The notes below the pieces were generated by a model, which saw only the letters and a list, made by a program, of their open reading frames with translations, did no database searches and had not been told where the DNA came from. Shown one piece after another: positions 1 to 8,528 of a stretch of 61,461 nucleotides of DNA. This DNA is from Gemmatimonadota bacterium (lineage in GTDB: Bacteria; Gemmatimonadota; Gemmatimonadetes; Gemmatimonadales; GWC2-71-9). Position 1 is the first letter of the stretch. Each line of letters begins with the position of its first letter. The translations under genes and the position numbers were made by a program. Location of the stretch: assembly GCA_039586365.1 (NCBI GenBank), contig JBDHKN010000014.1:1-61461 (forward strand), read 5' to 3'.

Positions 1-81
1 GGTCAAGGGTCGACGAGTGTCCCCAAAACGTAGGTCGATGTCGCAGGAACGCACTGGCGTGGCCTCTCTGATCTCTGGATC

Positions 82-336
82 TTAGATCACGCGGCGGAAG
101 AAGTCATCCCTTCGCGGATCGATCTCAACACCCTGGAGCTTGACAGGTGTCAGGCCATCCTGCTGACCCTTGGGGACGATACGAATAGCCCGCCGCACGT
201 TGGGGGCCTTCCCGGCCAGGAGAACAGATGCAACCAGATCGGGGCCTGCATACCATAAACCGCGATCGACCTCGACGGAGTTCACACCAATGCTCGGTAC
301 CGTGCTTGCTTCGTTGTACTGGGCGCGGAGTGGCAA
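82..336 (-). pseudogene. Internal fragment of a family B DNA polymerase resembling casposon-type PolB
   Basis: LPLRAQYN...IGVN...LWYAGPDLVASVLLAGKAP..RRAIRIVPKGQQDGLTPVKL.G.VEIDPRRDDFFRRVI resembles, from recall, the PolB segment preceding motif B in casposon-type enzymes. In-frame stops bound it on both sides. Confidence 0.62.
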
Positions 337-566
337 TCTCTACCCAACTCTTCACCCTTCAAATCTAATCTATATGCGACATAGGTAGTTTTCGGGTTGT
401 TTGCTAGCAAAGTGCCTGGTGCTGGTCTGAGGTCACTGCCTGTACAGCTATCGGTCCCCAGTCTAAGGCTCAATCCCGGTCCAGTCCTGCTAGCAACTCA
501 ACCTCCAAGTCCTGGTCCCGGTGCTATGCTGTGCTGCTCCATGGGGCGGAAGGGTGGCGGGGTTCC

Positions 567-605
567 GTTGCCTGGCCCGGCCCGGGGTCTGGGCGTAGTT
601 TAGGG
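567..605 (+). promoter_or_regulatory. Upstream motif shared between kinase paralogs, with -10-like TAGTTT
   Basis: GTTGCCTGGCC...GGGCGTAGTTTAGGG matches 26221-26259 (GTCGCCTGGCC...GGGCGTAATTTAGGG) at identical spacing; both precede GTG ACC GAA starts. Confidence 0.55.
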
Positions 606-628
606 GCAGGATCAGGAGGTCATGCAAT

Positions 629-3600
629 GTGACCGAAGATCTCCTAGGCCGTCTGAAGTCTGCGCTGGCTGACCGCTACCAGATTGAACGGGAGTTGGGT
701 AGCGGTGGGATGGCCACGGTCTATCTCGCCAAGGACCTGAAGCATGAGCGGCAGGTAGCCGTCAAGGTTCTCCGTCCTGAGTTGGCTGCAGCGCTAGGCT
801 CAGAACGGTTCCTCCGTGAAATCAAGATCGCTGCGAATCTGAATCACCCCCACATACTGCCACTGCATGACTCCGGAGATGCCGACGGTTTCCTCTACTA
901 CGTGATGCCGTACGTGGAAGGTGAATCACTCAGAGATCGGCTCAAGCGCGAGAAACAGCTTCCGATAGAGAACGCTCTCAGGATCGCCAGCGAAGTAGCC
1001 GACGCACTCGGCTTCGCACACGACCACAACGTCATCCACCGCGACATCAAGCCCGAGAACATTCTGCTAGAAGCAAAACACGCAGTCGTCGCTGACTTCG
1101 GTGTGGCTCGGGCAATCGAGCAAGCGGGAGAGACGAGACTCACAGAGACCGGGATCGCGATTGGCACACCAGCCTACCTGAGTCCAGAGCAGGCGAGTGG
1201 CGAGCGCGAGTTGGACGGCAGGAGCGACATCTACGCACTTGGCTGTGTGTTGTACGAGATGTTGGCTGGCCAGGCTCCGTTCACCGGCCCTACAGCCGAG
1301 AGCATCGTACAACAGCATCTCACCGCGAAGCCACACTCTGTAGCAGAAGTGCGGCCAACCGTTCACAGTGAAATAGAAGCCGCAGTGTCCAGAGCACTGG
1401 CAAAGGCACCCGCTGATCGGTTTCAGACCGGGGAGGAGCTTGTCACTGCATTGAGTGCAGTTTCCAGCATGCCCTCAGCTGCCACGTTGCCCGGCATCGC
1501 GTCACGCTGGAGCCATCCCGTGGCAGTGTCAGGGTTATTCGGTGCTGGAGCGGTGGCCGTGCTTGGCGTGGTCTACCTCCTCATGATGCGGCTTGGCCTG
1601 CCTGACTGGGTCTTGGTGGCCGCTGCCGTACTCCTAGTCGTGATCCTGCCGTTCGCACTGGGTACTGGACTAGTAGAGCGGCAGCGGGCGACTAGGACCG
1701 TACCAACTCCCTCATCCGGCTGGGGCAGTGTGGCGCACCGCTGGCTGCGGTGGCGGAAAGCGGCCCAGGGGAGCGTCATTGCTTTCGTTGGTCTCGGTGT
1801 GGTCACCACCGGCTACATGGGGATGAGGACATTGGGCATAGGGCCCATGGGCACGGTGATGGCGAGAGGGGTGCTGGAAGAGCAAGCTGAGATCATCTTA
1901 GCTGATTTCGAGAATCGTACTGCGGACTCGCTGATGGGCGTCACGATCACCGAAGCTCTGCGAATCGATCTGTCTCAGTCACAAGTGGTACGACTGGTCG
2001 ACCCAGCTACCATCGAGGCGGCCCTGGAGCGGATGGAGGTTGATCGCGTCGCCTTGTTTGACGATGAGCTGGCCCGCGAAGTGGCTCTTCGTGAGGGCAT
2101 CAAGGCAGTAATCGCGGGCGAGGTCGGCCAGCTCGGTCAAGGGTACATGGTATCGGCGAGGCTGATAGCCCCATCAGACGGAGATGTGCTGACAGCCGTC
2201 CGTGAGCGGGCGGACGGCGATGACCAGCTCTTTGATACCGTAGACCGGCTGTCGCGGCAGCTCAGGGAGCGGATCGGTGAATCCTTGAGAGATGTGAGAG
2301 CCAGCGCACCGCTGGAACAAGTCACCACTTCGTCGCTCGAAGCGTTACGTCTGTATACCCTAGCCTGGCCAGAGCAATCGATTGAGCTAATGGAGGAGGC
2401 AGTCCGTATCGACTCGACTTTTGCCATGGCATACTGGCGCTTGGCTGGGCAGTACGGGAACGAGGGTCGGATGCGTGAGCGGAATACCGCCGCACGAAGA
2501 GCATTCCGCTATCGTGACCGGCTGCCCCTCGTCCAGCGTTATCACGTAGAGTCCTTGTACTACTCCTATGTGGAGGGCGACCGCGACAAACGGATTTCGG
2601 CGTTACGCTCGGTCTTGGAGCTGGACCCATACAACACCTCAGCTATGAACAACCTCGGGAACTCGTTGAGCGGGCTGCGCAGGTTTGCCGAAGCCGAGAG
2701 CCTATACATCCAAGCGCGTGCTGTCCGCCCACATCACCTGCATTTCCAGGGCACTGTGGCTTCCCAAGTCAACCAGGGGAAGTACGAGGACGCCGACACC
2801 ACCCTTGATCTCTTCGCCGAGCATTTTCCTGGTCACCCAGGGTACTTCCGGTCCACGATCCGCTATGCAGCCGCCCGACATGACCTGGAAACCGTCGCGC
2901 TGTATCTCGATTCGCTGGAGCTGACGCAGCGAGAGAGCGTCTTGTGGAGGTACCGAGTCAGCGTCCATAGGACCTGGGTAGCCTTGAGACAAGGCAAGCT
3001 CTCCGAGGCCGAATACTACCTCCGGCAGGCGACAAGCCTACAGGAGCAGCGAGGACTGCTTGGAGCTTGCCTGGATCTGGCTGTGTCCCATCTCGGTAGA
3101 GTGGATATTGTCTACCGGGGCAATCCGTCCGCTGCCTGGCGGAAGGTCGAGGAAGCCTTGGAGCTATACCCGCTGGATTCGATTGCTCCCGAAGCGAGAC
3201 CATACGAGAATCTCGCGATTGCTGCAGCTATGGCGGACAGGGCCGACCAGGCGCGAGCATGGCTCGCAGAGCGGGTCGCGCTTGGGGAATCAGGCGAACT
3301 TGGCAGACTGAGGTCGGACCAGGAAGCTCGGGTCAGCGGCTACATCGCCCTCGCAGAGCTAAGGCCAGATGAAGCGATCACGGCCTACCTAGCATCCCAT
3401 GAGGGGTTTGCCTGCATCATCTGCGCACTCCCGGCCATAGCCCAGGCCTACGACCTCGCCGATTTGCCGGACTCCGCAATTGTCTTCTACGAGCGCTACC
3501 TGACCACACCTTGGATCAGGCGCTTGGAGGAAGATGCCTGGAACCTGCCCGGCACTCTGAAGCGTCTTGGCGAACTCTACGAGCAACGCGCCAACCACGA

Positions 3601-3718
3601 GAACGCGATTCACTACTACAACGAGTTCGTAGAGTTATGGCAGGAGGCCGACCCCGAGCTACAGCCGCAGGTGGAGGATGTGAGGCAGCGGATTGCGCGG
3701 TTGATGGGAGAGCCGTAA
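629..3718 (+). CDS. Ser/Thr protein kinase (Hanks type) with about 3 TM helices and C-terminal TPR region
   Basis: GSGGMA, VAVK, HRDIKPEN, DFG and GTPAYLSPE motifs intact; hydrophobic helices about aa 298-400; TPR-like repeats; AGGAGG RBS. Confidence 0.95.
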   Translation: MTEDLLGRLKSALADRYQIERELGSGGMATVYLAKDLKHERQVAVKVLRPELAAALGSERFLREIKIAANLNHPHILPLHDSGDADGFLYYVMPYVEGESLRDRLKREKQLPIENALRIASEVADALGFAHDHNVIHRDIKPENILLEAKHAVVADFGVARAIEQAGETRLTETGIAIGTPAYLSPEQASGERELDGRSDIYALGCVLYEMLAGQAPFTGPTAESIVQQHLTAKPHSVAEVRPTVHSEIEAAVSRALAKAPADRFQTGEELVTALSAVSSMPSAATLPGIASRWSHPVAVSGLFGAGAVAVLGVVYLLMMRLGLPDWVLVAAAVLLVVILPFALGTGLVERQRATRTVPTPSSGWGSVAHRWLRWRKAAQGSVIAFVGLGVVTTGYMGMRTLGIGPMGTVMARGVLEEQAEIILADFENRTADSLMGVTITEALRIDLSQSQVVRLVDPATIEAALERMEVDRVALFDDELAREVALREGIKAVIAGEVGQLGQGYMVSARLIAPSDGDVLTAVRERADGDDQLFDTVDRLSRQLRERIGESLRDVRASAPLEQVTTSSLEALRLYTLAWPEQSIELMEEAVRIDSTFAMAYWRLAGQYGNEGRMRERNTAARRAFRYRDRLPLVQRYHVESLYYSYVEGDRDKRISALRSVLELDPYNTSAMNNLGNSLSGLRRFAEAESLYIQARAVRPHHLHFQGTVASQVNQGKYEDADTTLDLFAEHFPGHPGYFRSTIRYAAARHDLETVALYLDSLELTQRESVLWRYRVSVHRTWVALRQGKLSEAEYYLRQATSLQEQRGLLGACLDLAVSHLGRVDIVYRGNPSAAWRKVEEALELYPLDSIAPEARPYENLAIAAAMADRADQARAWLAERVALGESGELGRLRSDQEARVSGYIALAELRPDEAITAYLASHEGFACIICALPAIAQAYDLADLPDSAIVFYERYLTTPWIRRLEEDAWNLPGTLKRLGELYEQRANHENAIHYYNEFVELWQEADPELQPQVEDVRQRIARLMGEP

Positions 3719-3739
3719 CACTGGCGGCGGAGCAATCAG

Positions 3740-6565
3740 ATGACTGACGCCATCGACCGCCTTAAGACCGCCCTCACCGACCGCTACGCCATCGAGCGAG
3801 AACTCGGTAGCGGTGGTATGGCTACCGTCTACCTCGCCGAGGACGTGAAGCACCACCGCAAGGTAGCGGTGAAGGTGCTGCGCCCCGAACTCGCTGCTGC
3901 ACTCGGCGCTGATCGGTTCCATCGTGAGATAGAGATCGCCGCTAATCTGCACCATCCCCACATCCTGCCACTCTACGACTCCGGTGATGCGGACGGCTTC
4001 CTCTACTACGTCATGCCGTACATCGAAGGTCAGTCGCTCCGTGAAAAGCTCGCCCATGAGGGTGAGCTACCGATTCCCGAAGCTGTCCGAATCCTCCGAG
4101 ACGTCGTTGACGCACTGTCAGAAGCACATGATCACGGTGTAGTGCACCGCGACATCAAACCTGACAATGTGCTGCTCACCAAGCACCATGCTGTGGTCAC
4201 CGATTTCGGAGTGGCCAAAGCGGTGAGTGAAGCCACCGGCGCTCAGAAGCTCACCACCGAAGGCGTAGCACTCGGCACACCAGCGTATATGTCCCCCGAG
4301 CAGGCCGCTGCTGATTCTCACATTGACCACAGAGCCGACATATATGCTGTGGGTGTTGTTGCCTACGAGTTGCTCACGGGCAGGACTCCGTTCCTCGGCA
4401 CCACTCCACAGATGATCCTCTCGGCGCACATGACTGATACTCCAGAGCCGGTAAGCAAGTATCGGGAATCAGTCCCTCCTCCTCTAGAGCAGTTGGTGAT
4501 GAGGTGCTTGGAGAAAAAGGCCGCCGATAGGTGGCAGAGTGCTGAGGACCTGTTGCCACATTTGGAGGCGTTGGTGACGCCGAGTGGGGGGATCACGCCC
4601 ACAGGCACGATGCCGGTGGATCGGGTAGCAAAAGGTCGATGGATGACGGCAGGGGCTGCGGTCGCGGTGGTCGCTCTGGTGGTGGCCCTGTGGCAGCCTT
4701 GGGCGAGTGAGGACGTGGCGGCCGAGGGCGCCAGTTGGGCCTGGACGATCCTGGCGGAAGTCGAGGGTTCGGCACCCGAGGACACCCGCAGTCTCGTCGG
4801 GAGCCTCCTGGCTGGTGATATCGATGCCTCCGGATCGCTCCTAACGCTGCCACAGGACCAGATACTGCGCGGTCTGGCAAGCGCCATGAAGCCGGACACC
4901 ACGAGTCTGACGCAGTCGGTTGCCAGAGAGCTGGCAGAGCGAGGCGGGATCGGGACTGTGTTCGCACCGGAACTGGATCTGGTAGGCGGCACCTACGCCC
5001 TGACGGTGCGGGTCCTGCATGCGGCAGGGGACAGCGTGCTGGCCACAGAACGTGTTTCGGCGGCGAATGACGACGCGCTGATTCCGGCCAGTCGTGAGGT
5101 CGTGGAGACGTTGATTCCTATCCTGACGGTGTGGATGGGCGGTGAGGTCAGACGACCCAGGGCCAACCCGCCGGTTACCTCGTCCCTTGCGGCCTTCCGA
5201 AAACACCAGGAGGCGCAACGAGCCAACGCACTCGGGCGGTACCACGAGGCAATCGCATTATTTCGGGAAGCCCTGGCGATCGATCCCGACTTCGCTGCGG
5301 CCTGGGTAAGGATGGGGGGCGCCTACAGTAATGCGCGATTCCGTGACTCCGCTGAGTACGCATGGCGGGAGGCTCTCGAGCGCCCTGAGCGCCTTACTGA
5401 GGACCAGCGTCTGAACTTAGAGGCCCGGCTTGCAGGTGACTGGGTCGCTCGATTCCAGCGCAGCGAGCGACAGTACCGGGAGACCGGCATAGCTAGTAAC
5501 GCATACGCAGCAGCCCTCGCCGATGGAATGGGCCGGTACGAGGACGCAGTGGCCATCTGGGAGCAAATGGCTGAGCAGTCTCCGTTCGGGACTTCGGACT
5601 TCGTCAAATGGAACTTGGCGTCCATACTGTTGTGTTTGGGACGGGTCGAAGAGGCCGAAGCCGTGGCGCGCCGTCTGGAAGGAACCCCCCGTGAACTCCC
5701 TGTGAACGCGAAGATTGCGCTGAGGAAAGGCAATTGGGGAGAAGCCGAGCGTCTGGCGGTGGACGTGGCGAGGGACCCGGCCATGAGCGTCAGATTCCGG
5801 TCCGACGCGATCTGGGTACTCGCGTCCGCTCGTGCGGCTCAGGGCCGAATCCACGAGGCGGTCTCCGCACTGCATGAGATGATACGAACGAACCAGCGTC
5901 CGGGCCGGGAGTTGATCCACCGCCGAGCGCACTTGAACCTCCTGATTCTCACAATTGTGGGAGGCCTGACCGCGGAGGCGTGGGACTTGGAGAGGCTCCA
6001 GGCCGACACGACGGAAGAGGCGAGGGTACTGTCCGGGCTCTGGGCCGCCGAGTTGGGTGATACGGCGTTCGCGAGATCCTACCTCGAAGAGTTACCAGTC
6101 CCGGAGTTCGGCGAGTTCGCTCCGTCCACACACCAAGAGGCAACCGTTGCCGCTCTCCATGCCCGCGTCGCCGGGCGCAGACTGGATTGGGAGGAAGCCG
6201 TCCGACTGCTGGCGCCGGTCACTGGAGACCGTACGCCGAGGGGGCAGTTGGCGCACACCCAACTCCTCAACTGGGTCGTCGCCGAAGCGTACGAGGAACT
6301 CGGGCACCTGGACTCTGCGGTCAAGTTGTACAGTGGTATTGCCGACGGGTACCGGTTCGTCTTCGATGAGGTTAACGGCTTCGGCCTCACCTACTCGTTT
6401 GCCCACCGCGAGGCTGCTCTCCTCTACGGCCAGCTCGGTCAGGACGCCGAGGCGATCGAGCACTGGCGCGCGTTCCTGGACGCCTTCACCGACCCCGATC
6501 CCGAGTTCGAGTGGATGATGGAGGAGGCGCGGGTGGAATTGGACAGGCTTCGTAGAGGACGCTAG
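3740..6565 (+). CDS. Ser/Thr protein kinase with single TM helix and TPR region
   Basis: GSGGMA, VAVK, HRDIKPDN, DFG, GTPAYMSPE; TM AGAAVAVVALVVALW; TPR ALAIDPDFAAAW; GGAG RBS. Confidence 0.95.
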   Translation: MTDAIDRLKTALTDRYAIERELGSGGMATVYLAEDVKHHRKVAVKVLRPELAAALGADRFHREIEIAANLHHPHILPLYDSGDADGFLYYVMPYIEGQSLREKLAHEGELPIPEAVRILRDVVDALSEAHDHGVVHRDIKPDNVLLTKHHAVVTDFGVAKAVSEATGAQKLTTEGVALGTPAYMSPEQAAADSHIDHRADIYAVGVVAYELLTGRTPFLGTTPQMILSAHMTDTPEPVSKYRESVPPPLEQLVMRCLEKKAADRWQSAEDLLPHLEALVTPSGGITPTGTMPVDRVAKGRWMTAGAAVAVVALVVALWQPWASEDVAAEGASWAWTILAEVEGSAPEDTRSLVGSLLAGDIDASGSLLTLPQDQILRGLASAMKPDTTSLTQSVARELAERGGIGTVFAPELDLVGGTYALTVRVLHAAGDSVLATERVSAANDDALIPASREVVETLIPILTVWMGGEVRRPRANPPVTSSLAAFRKHQEAQRANALGRYHEAIALFREALAIDPDFAAAWVRMGGAYSNARFRDSAEYAWREALERPERLTEDQRLNLEARLAGDWVARFQRSERQYRETGIASNAYAAALADGMGRYEDAVAIWEQMAEQSPFGTSDFVKWNLASILLCLGRVEEAEAVARRLEGTPRELPVNAKIALRKGNWGEAERLAVDVARDPAMSVRFRSDAIWVLASARAAQGRIHEAVSALHEMIRTNQRPGRELIHRRAHLNLLILTIVGGLTAEAWDLERLQADTTEEARVLSGLWAAELGDTAFARSYLEELPVPEFGEFAPSTHQEATVAALHARVAGRRLDWEEAVRLLAPVTGDRTPRGQLAHTQLLNWVVAEAYEELGHLDSAVKLYSGIADGYRFVFDEVNGFGLTYSFAHREAALLYGQLGQDAEAIEHWRAFLDAFTDPDPEFEWMMEEARVELDRLRRGR

Positions 6566-6649
6566 CATCTCAGCGACTACTCTGATGGCTTCGTGCTGCT
6601 CGGTTACCATCCTTGATCGCTTGCTGCCCGCTGTCGCGTCAGTGGCCTT

Positions 6650-6889
6650 TCCCTTCCGGATACGGTCTCTCCCACGGCTCCGATTCCGACCTGAAAGCGG
6701 CGTCGGTATTGACGCGTATGACACGCTCCGATTTGGCTTCGCTGCAGCCAAGGTCTGCGCCACGCGCTCAACCACTGGTGCCACGGCTCGTGACCATTTC
6801 ACACCGGTGAGTGCCAATTGTTGTGTCGCTGGTGGCATGACTCGGCAGGCACCTTGGCGGTTCTCGAAGAAGTCAGCCTTGCGGAACGC
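6650..6889 (-). pseudogene. C-terminal fragment resembling Cas1-solo/casposase
   Basis: Extending ORF 6092..6838 upstream in frame gives AFRKADFFENRQGACRVMPPATQQLALTGVKWSRAVAPVVERVAQTL...IPTPLSGRNRSRGR, resembling from recall the C-terminal part of bacterial casposon-type Cas1. An in-frame stop lies just upstream and the catalytic core is absent. Confidence 0.58.
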
Positions 6890-7045
6890 CGCTTGGAGCG
6901 GCCGCAGCTGCTACCCCCACGCACCCACGCTGCGAAGGCCGGAGCGCTAGCGACATCAGCCGGTCCTAGGAGAACCCGGGCAAAGCCTTTACATTACGAC
7001 TGTATTACTGCTGTCAGCCGTTAATATTACAAGGTAAATGACGTC

Positions 7046-8362
7046 ATGAAGCGCCTGATCACCCCCAGGCTGGTTGCCTGGAAGAACTCACAGCGACGCA
7101 AACCGCTCATCGTCCGCGGCGCCAGGCAGGTGGGCAAAACTCACTCCATCAAGTCGTTTGGAGAGGAGCACTTCGACGAGTGTGCGACCGTCGATCTGGA
7201 AAGGAACCGCGGCTGGCACCGGATCTTTGGCGACGACTTAGATGCCCGGCGCATCCTCTCGGAACTGCGGGTCGTGCTCGACAAGAGCATCGAGCCGGGC
7301 AAGACGCTGCTGTTCTTCGACGAGATTCAGAGCTGCCCTCGGGCAATCCTGGCACTCCGCTATCTGTACGAGGAGGTTCCCGAGCTGCACGTGATCGCTG
7401 CAGGCTCGCTGCTCGATTTCGCGCTCTCGGATATCTCGTTTCCGGTGGGTCGGGTGCAGTTCCTGGAGATGTCTCCCTTGGTCTTCGCCGAATACCTGTG
7501 GGCGATAGGACGAGACCGGTCTGCCGAGGTGGTCCTATCGAATCCGATCAGAGTGCCCGATTCGGTCCACCTATCGTTGCTGGCAGATCTCAGAGACTAC
7601 TTCTTCGTGGGCGGCATGCCGGAGAGTGTCCTGGCGTACGAACGGAACCGCTCGGTCCGGGATAGCCGTGCGGTGCACCACGAGCTGTGCGAATCCTACA
7701 GGCAGGATTTCGCCAAATACGCGCCGCGCGCCGACCCCTACTGCCTCGACGCCGTACTCGCCGGAACCGCCCGCCAGGTCGGGAGGCAGGTCAAGTACAC
7801 GAGCCTGGCGGAGGGCTACTCCGGTCCCACGATCAGGCGGGCGTTTAATCTGCTCACCAAAGCGCGCGTGGCGAGGAAGGTGCCGGCCACCAACCCGACA
7901 GGCGTGCCGCTGGGTGCCGGCGCGTCACCGCTACGCTTCAAGGCGCTGATGGTCGATATCGGATTGATGCAGCATCTACGCGGTGTTCCGATCGATCTCG
8001 ACTACGCCAAGGCGGATCTACTGAAAATCCACGAGGGTGACATGGCTGAGCAGTTCGTCGGGCAGGAGATGCTGGTGTCGCAACGGGCCGATCTGTACTA
8101 CTGGTCCCGCCAGGCCAAGAGCAGCACTGCCGAGGTGGATTTCTTGGCCGTGATTGGGGGCTCGATCGTTCCCGTCGAAGTGAAGAGCGGCCCGTCCGGG
8201 AGGCTCCGCAGTCTCCATCTGCTGCTCGATTCCTATCCGAACTGCGAGCGCGCCTACGTCTTCAGCACTGCGCCCTACGCCGAGCTTCCGGAACAGAGAC
8301 TCACGTTCCTTCCACTGTACTACGCGCTTCGGGCGACGTCGGAGCGGGCAATCGGAAGTTGA
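7046..8362 (+). CDS. AAA+ ATPase (AAA_14) with DUF4143 and C-terminal PD-(D/E)xK-like motif
   Basis: Walker A GARQVGKT, Walker B FFDEIQ, GGMPE, C-terminal EVDF...PVEVKSG. Confidence 0.9.
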   Translation: MKRLITPRLVAWKNSQRRKPLIVRGARQVGKTHSIKSFGEEHFDECATVDLERNRGWHRIFGDDLDARRILSELRVVLDKSIEPGKTLLFFDEIQSCPRAILALRYLYEEVPELHVIAAGSLLDFALSDISFPVGRVQFLEMSPLVFAEYLWAIGRDRSAEVVLSNPIRVPDSVHLSLLADLRDYFFVGGMPESVLAYERNRSVRDSRAVHHELCESYRQDFAKYAPRADPYCLDAVLAGTARQVGRQVKYTSLAEGYSGPTIRRAFNLLTKARVARKVPATNPTGVPLGAGASPLRFKALMVDIGLMQHLRGVPIDLDYAKADLLKIHEGDMAEQFVGQEMLVSQRADLYYWSRQAKSSTAEVDFLAVIGGSIVPVEVKSGPSGRLRSLHLLLDSYPNCERAYVFSTAPYAELPEQRLTFLPLYYALRATSERAIGS

Positions 8363-8528
8363 TGCCGCGGCGGGTCCACGGGCGAACCAGCCATTCCCGG
8401 ACCGGCCTCGATGGATCCGGTGAAACGACTCCGGGAGCTTGATTAGAAAATGCCCGCAAATCGCGGTTTCTCGGCGTCATGGATCGCACTTTCGGCACCA
8501 GATTTCACTTAGGTTGACAGTACCACCG

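Noticed and set aside
6092..6838. 248-aa minus-strand ORF as a real gene
   Set aside because: Its 3' two-thirds is antisense to kinase 2; only about 6650-6889 looks protein-like.
6895..6950. GCGGCCGCAGCTG as part of an attC site
   Set aside because: No properly placed RYYYAAC/GTTRRRY core pair.
7046..8362. ATPase partner for the adjacent permease
   Set aside because: AAA_14/DUF4143 type, no LSGGQ signature, and convergent orientation.
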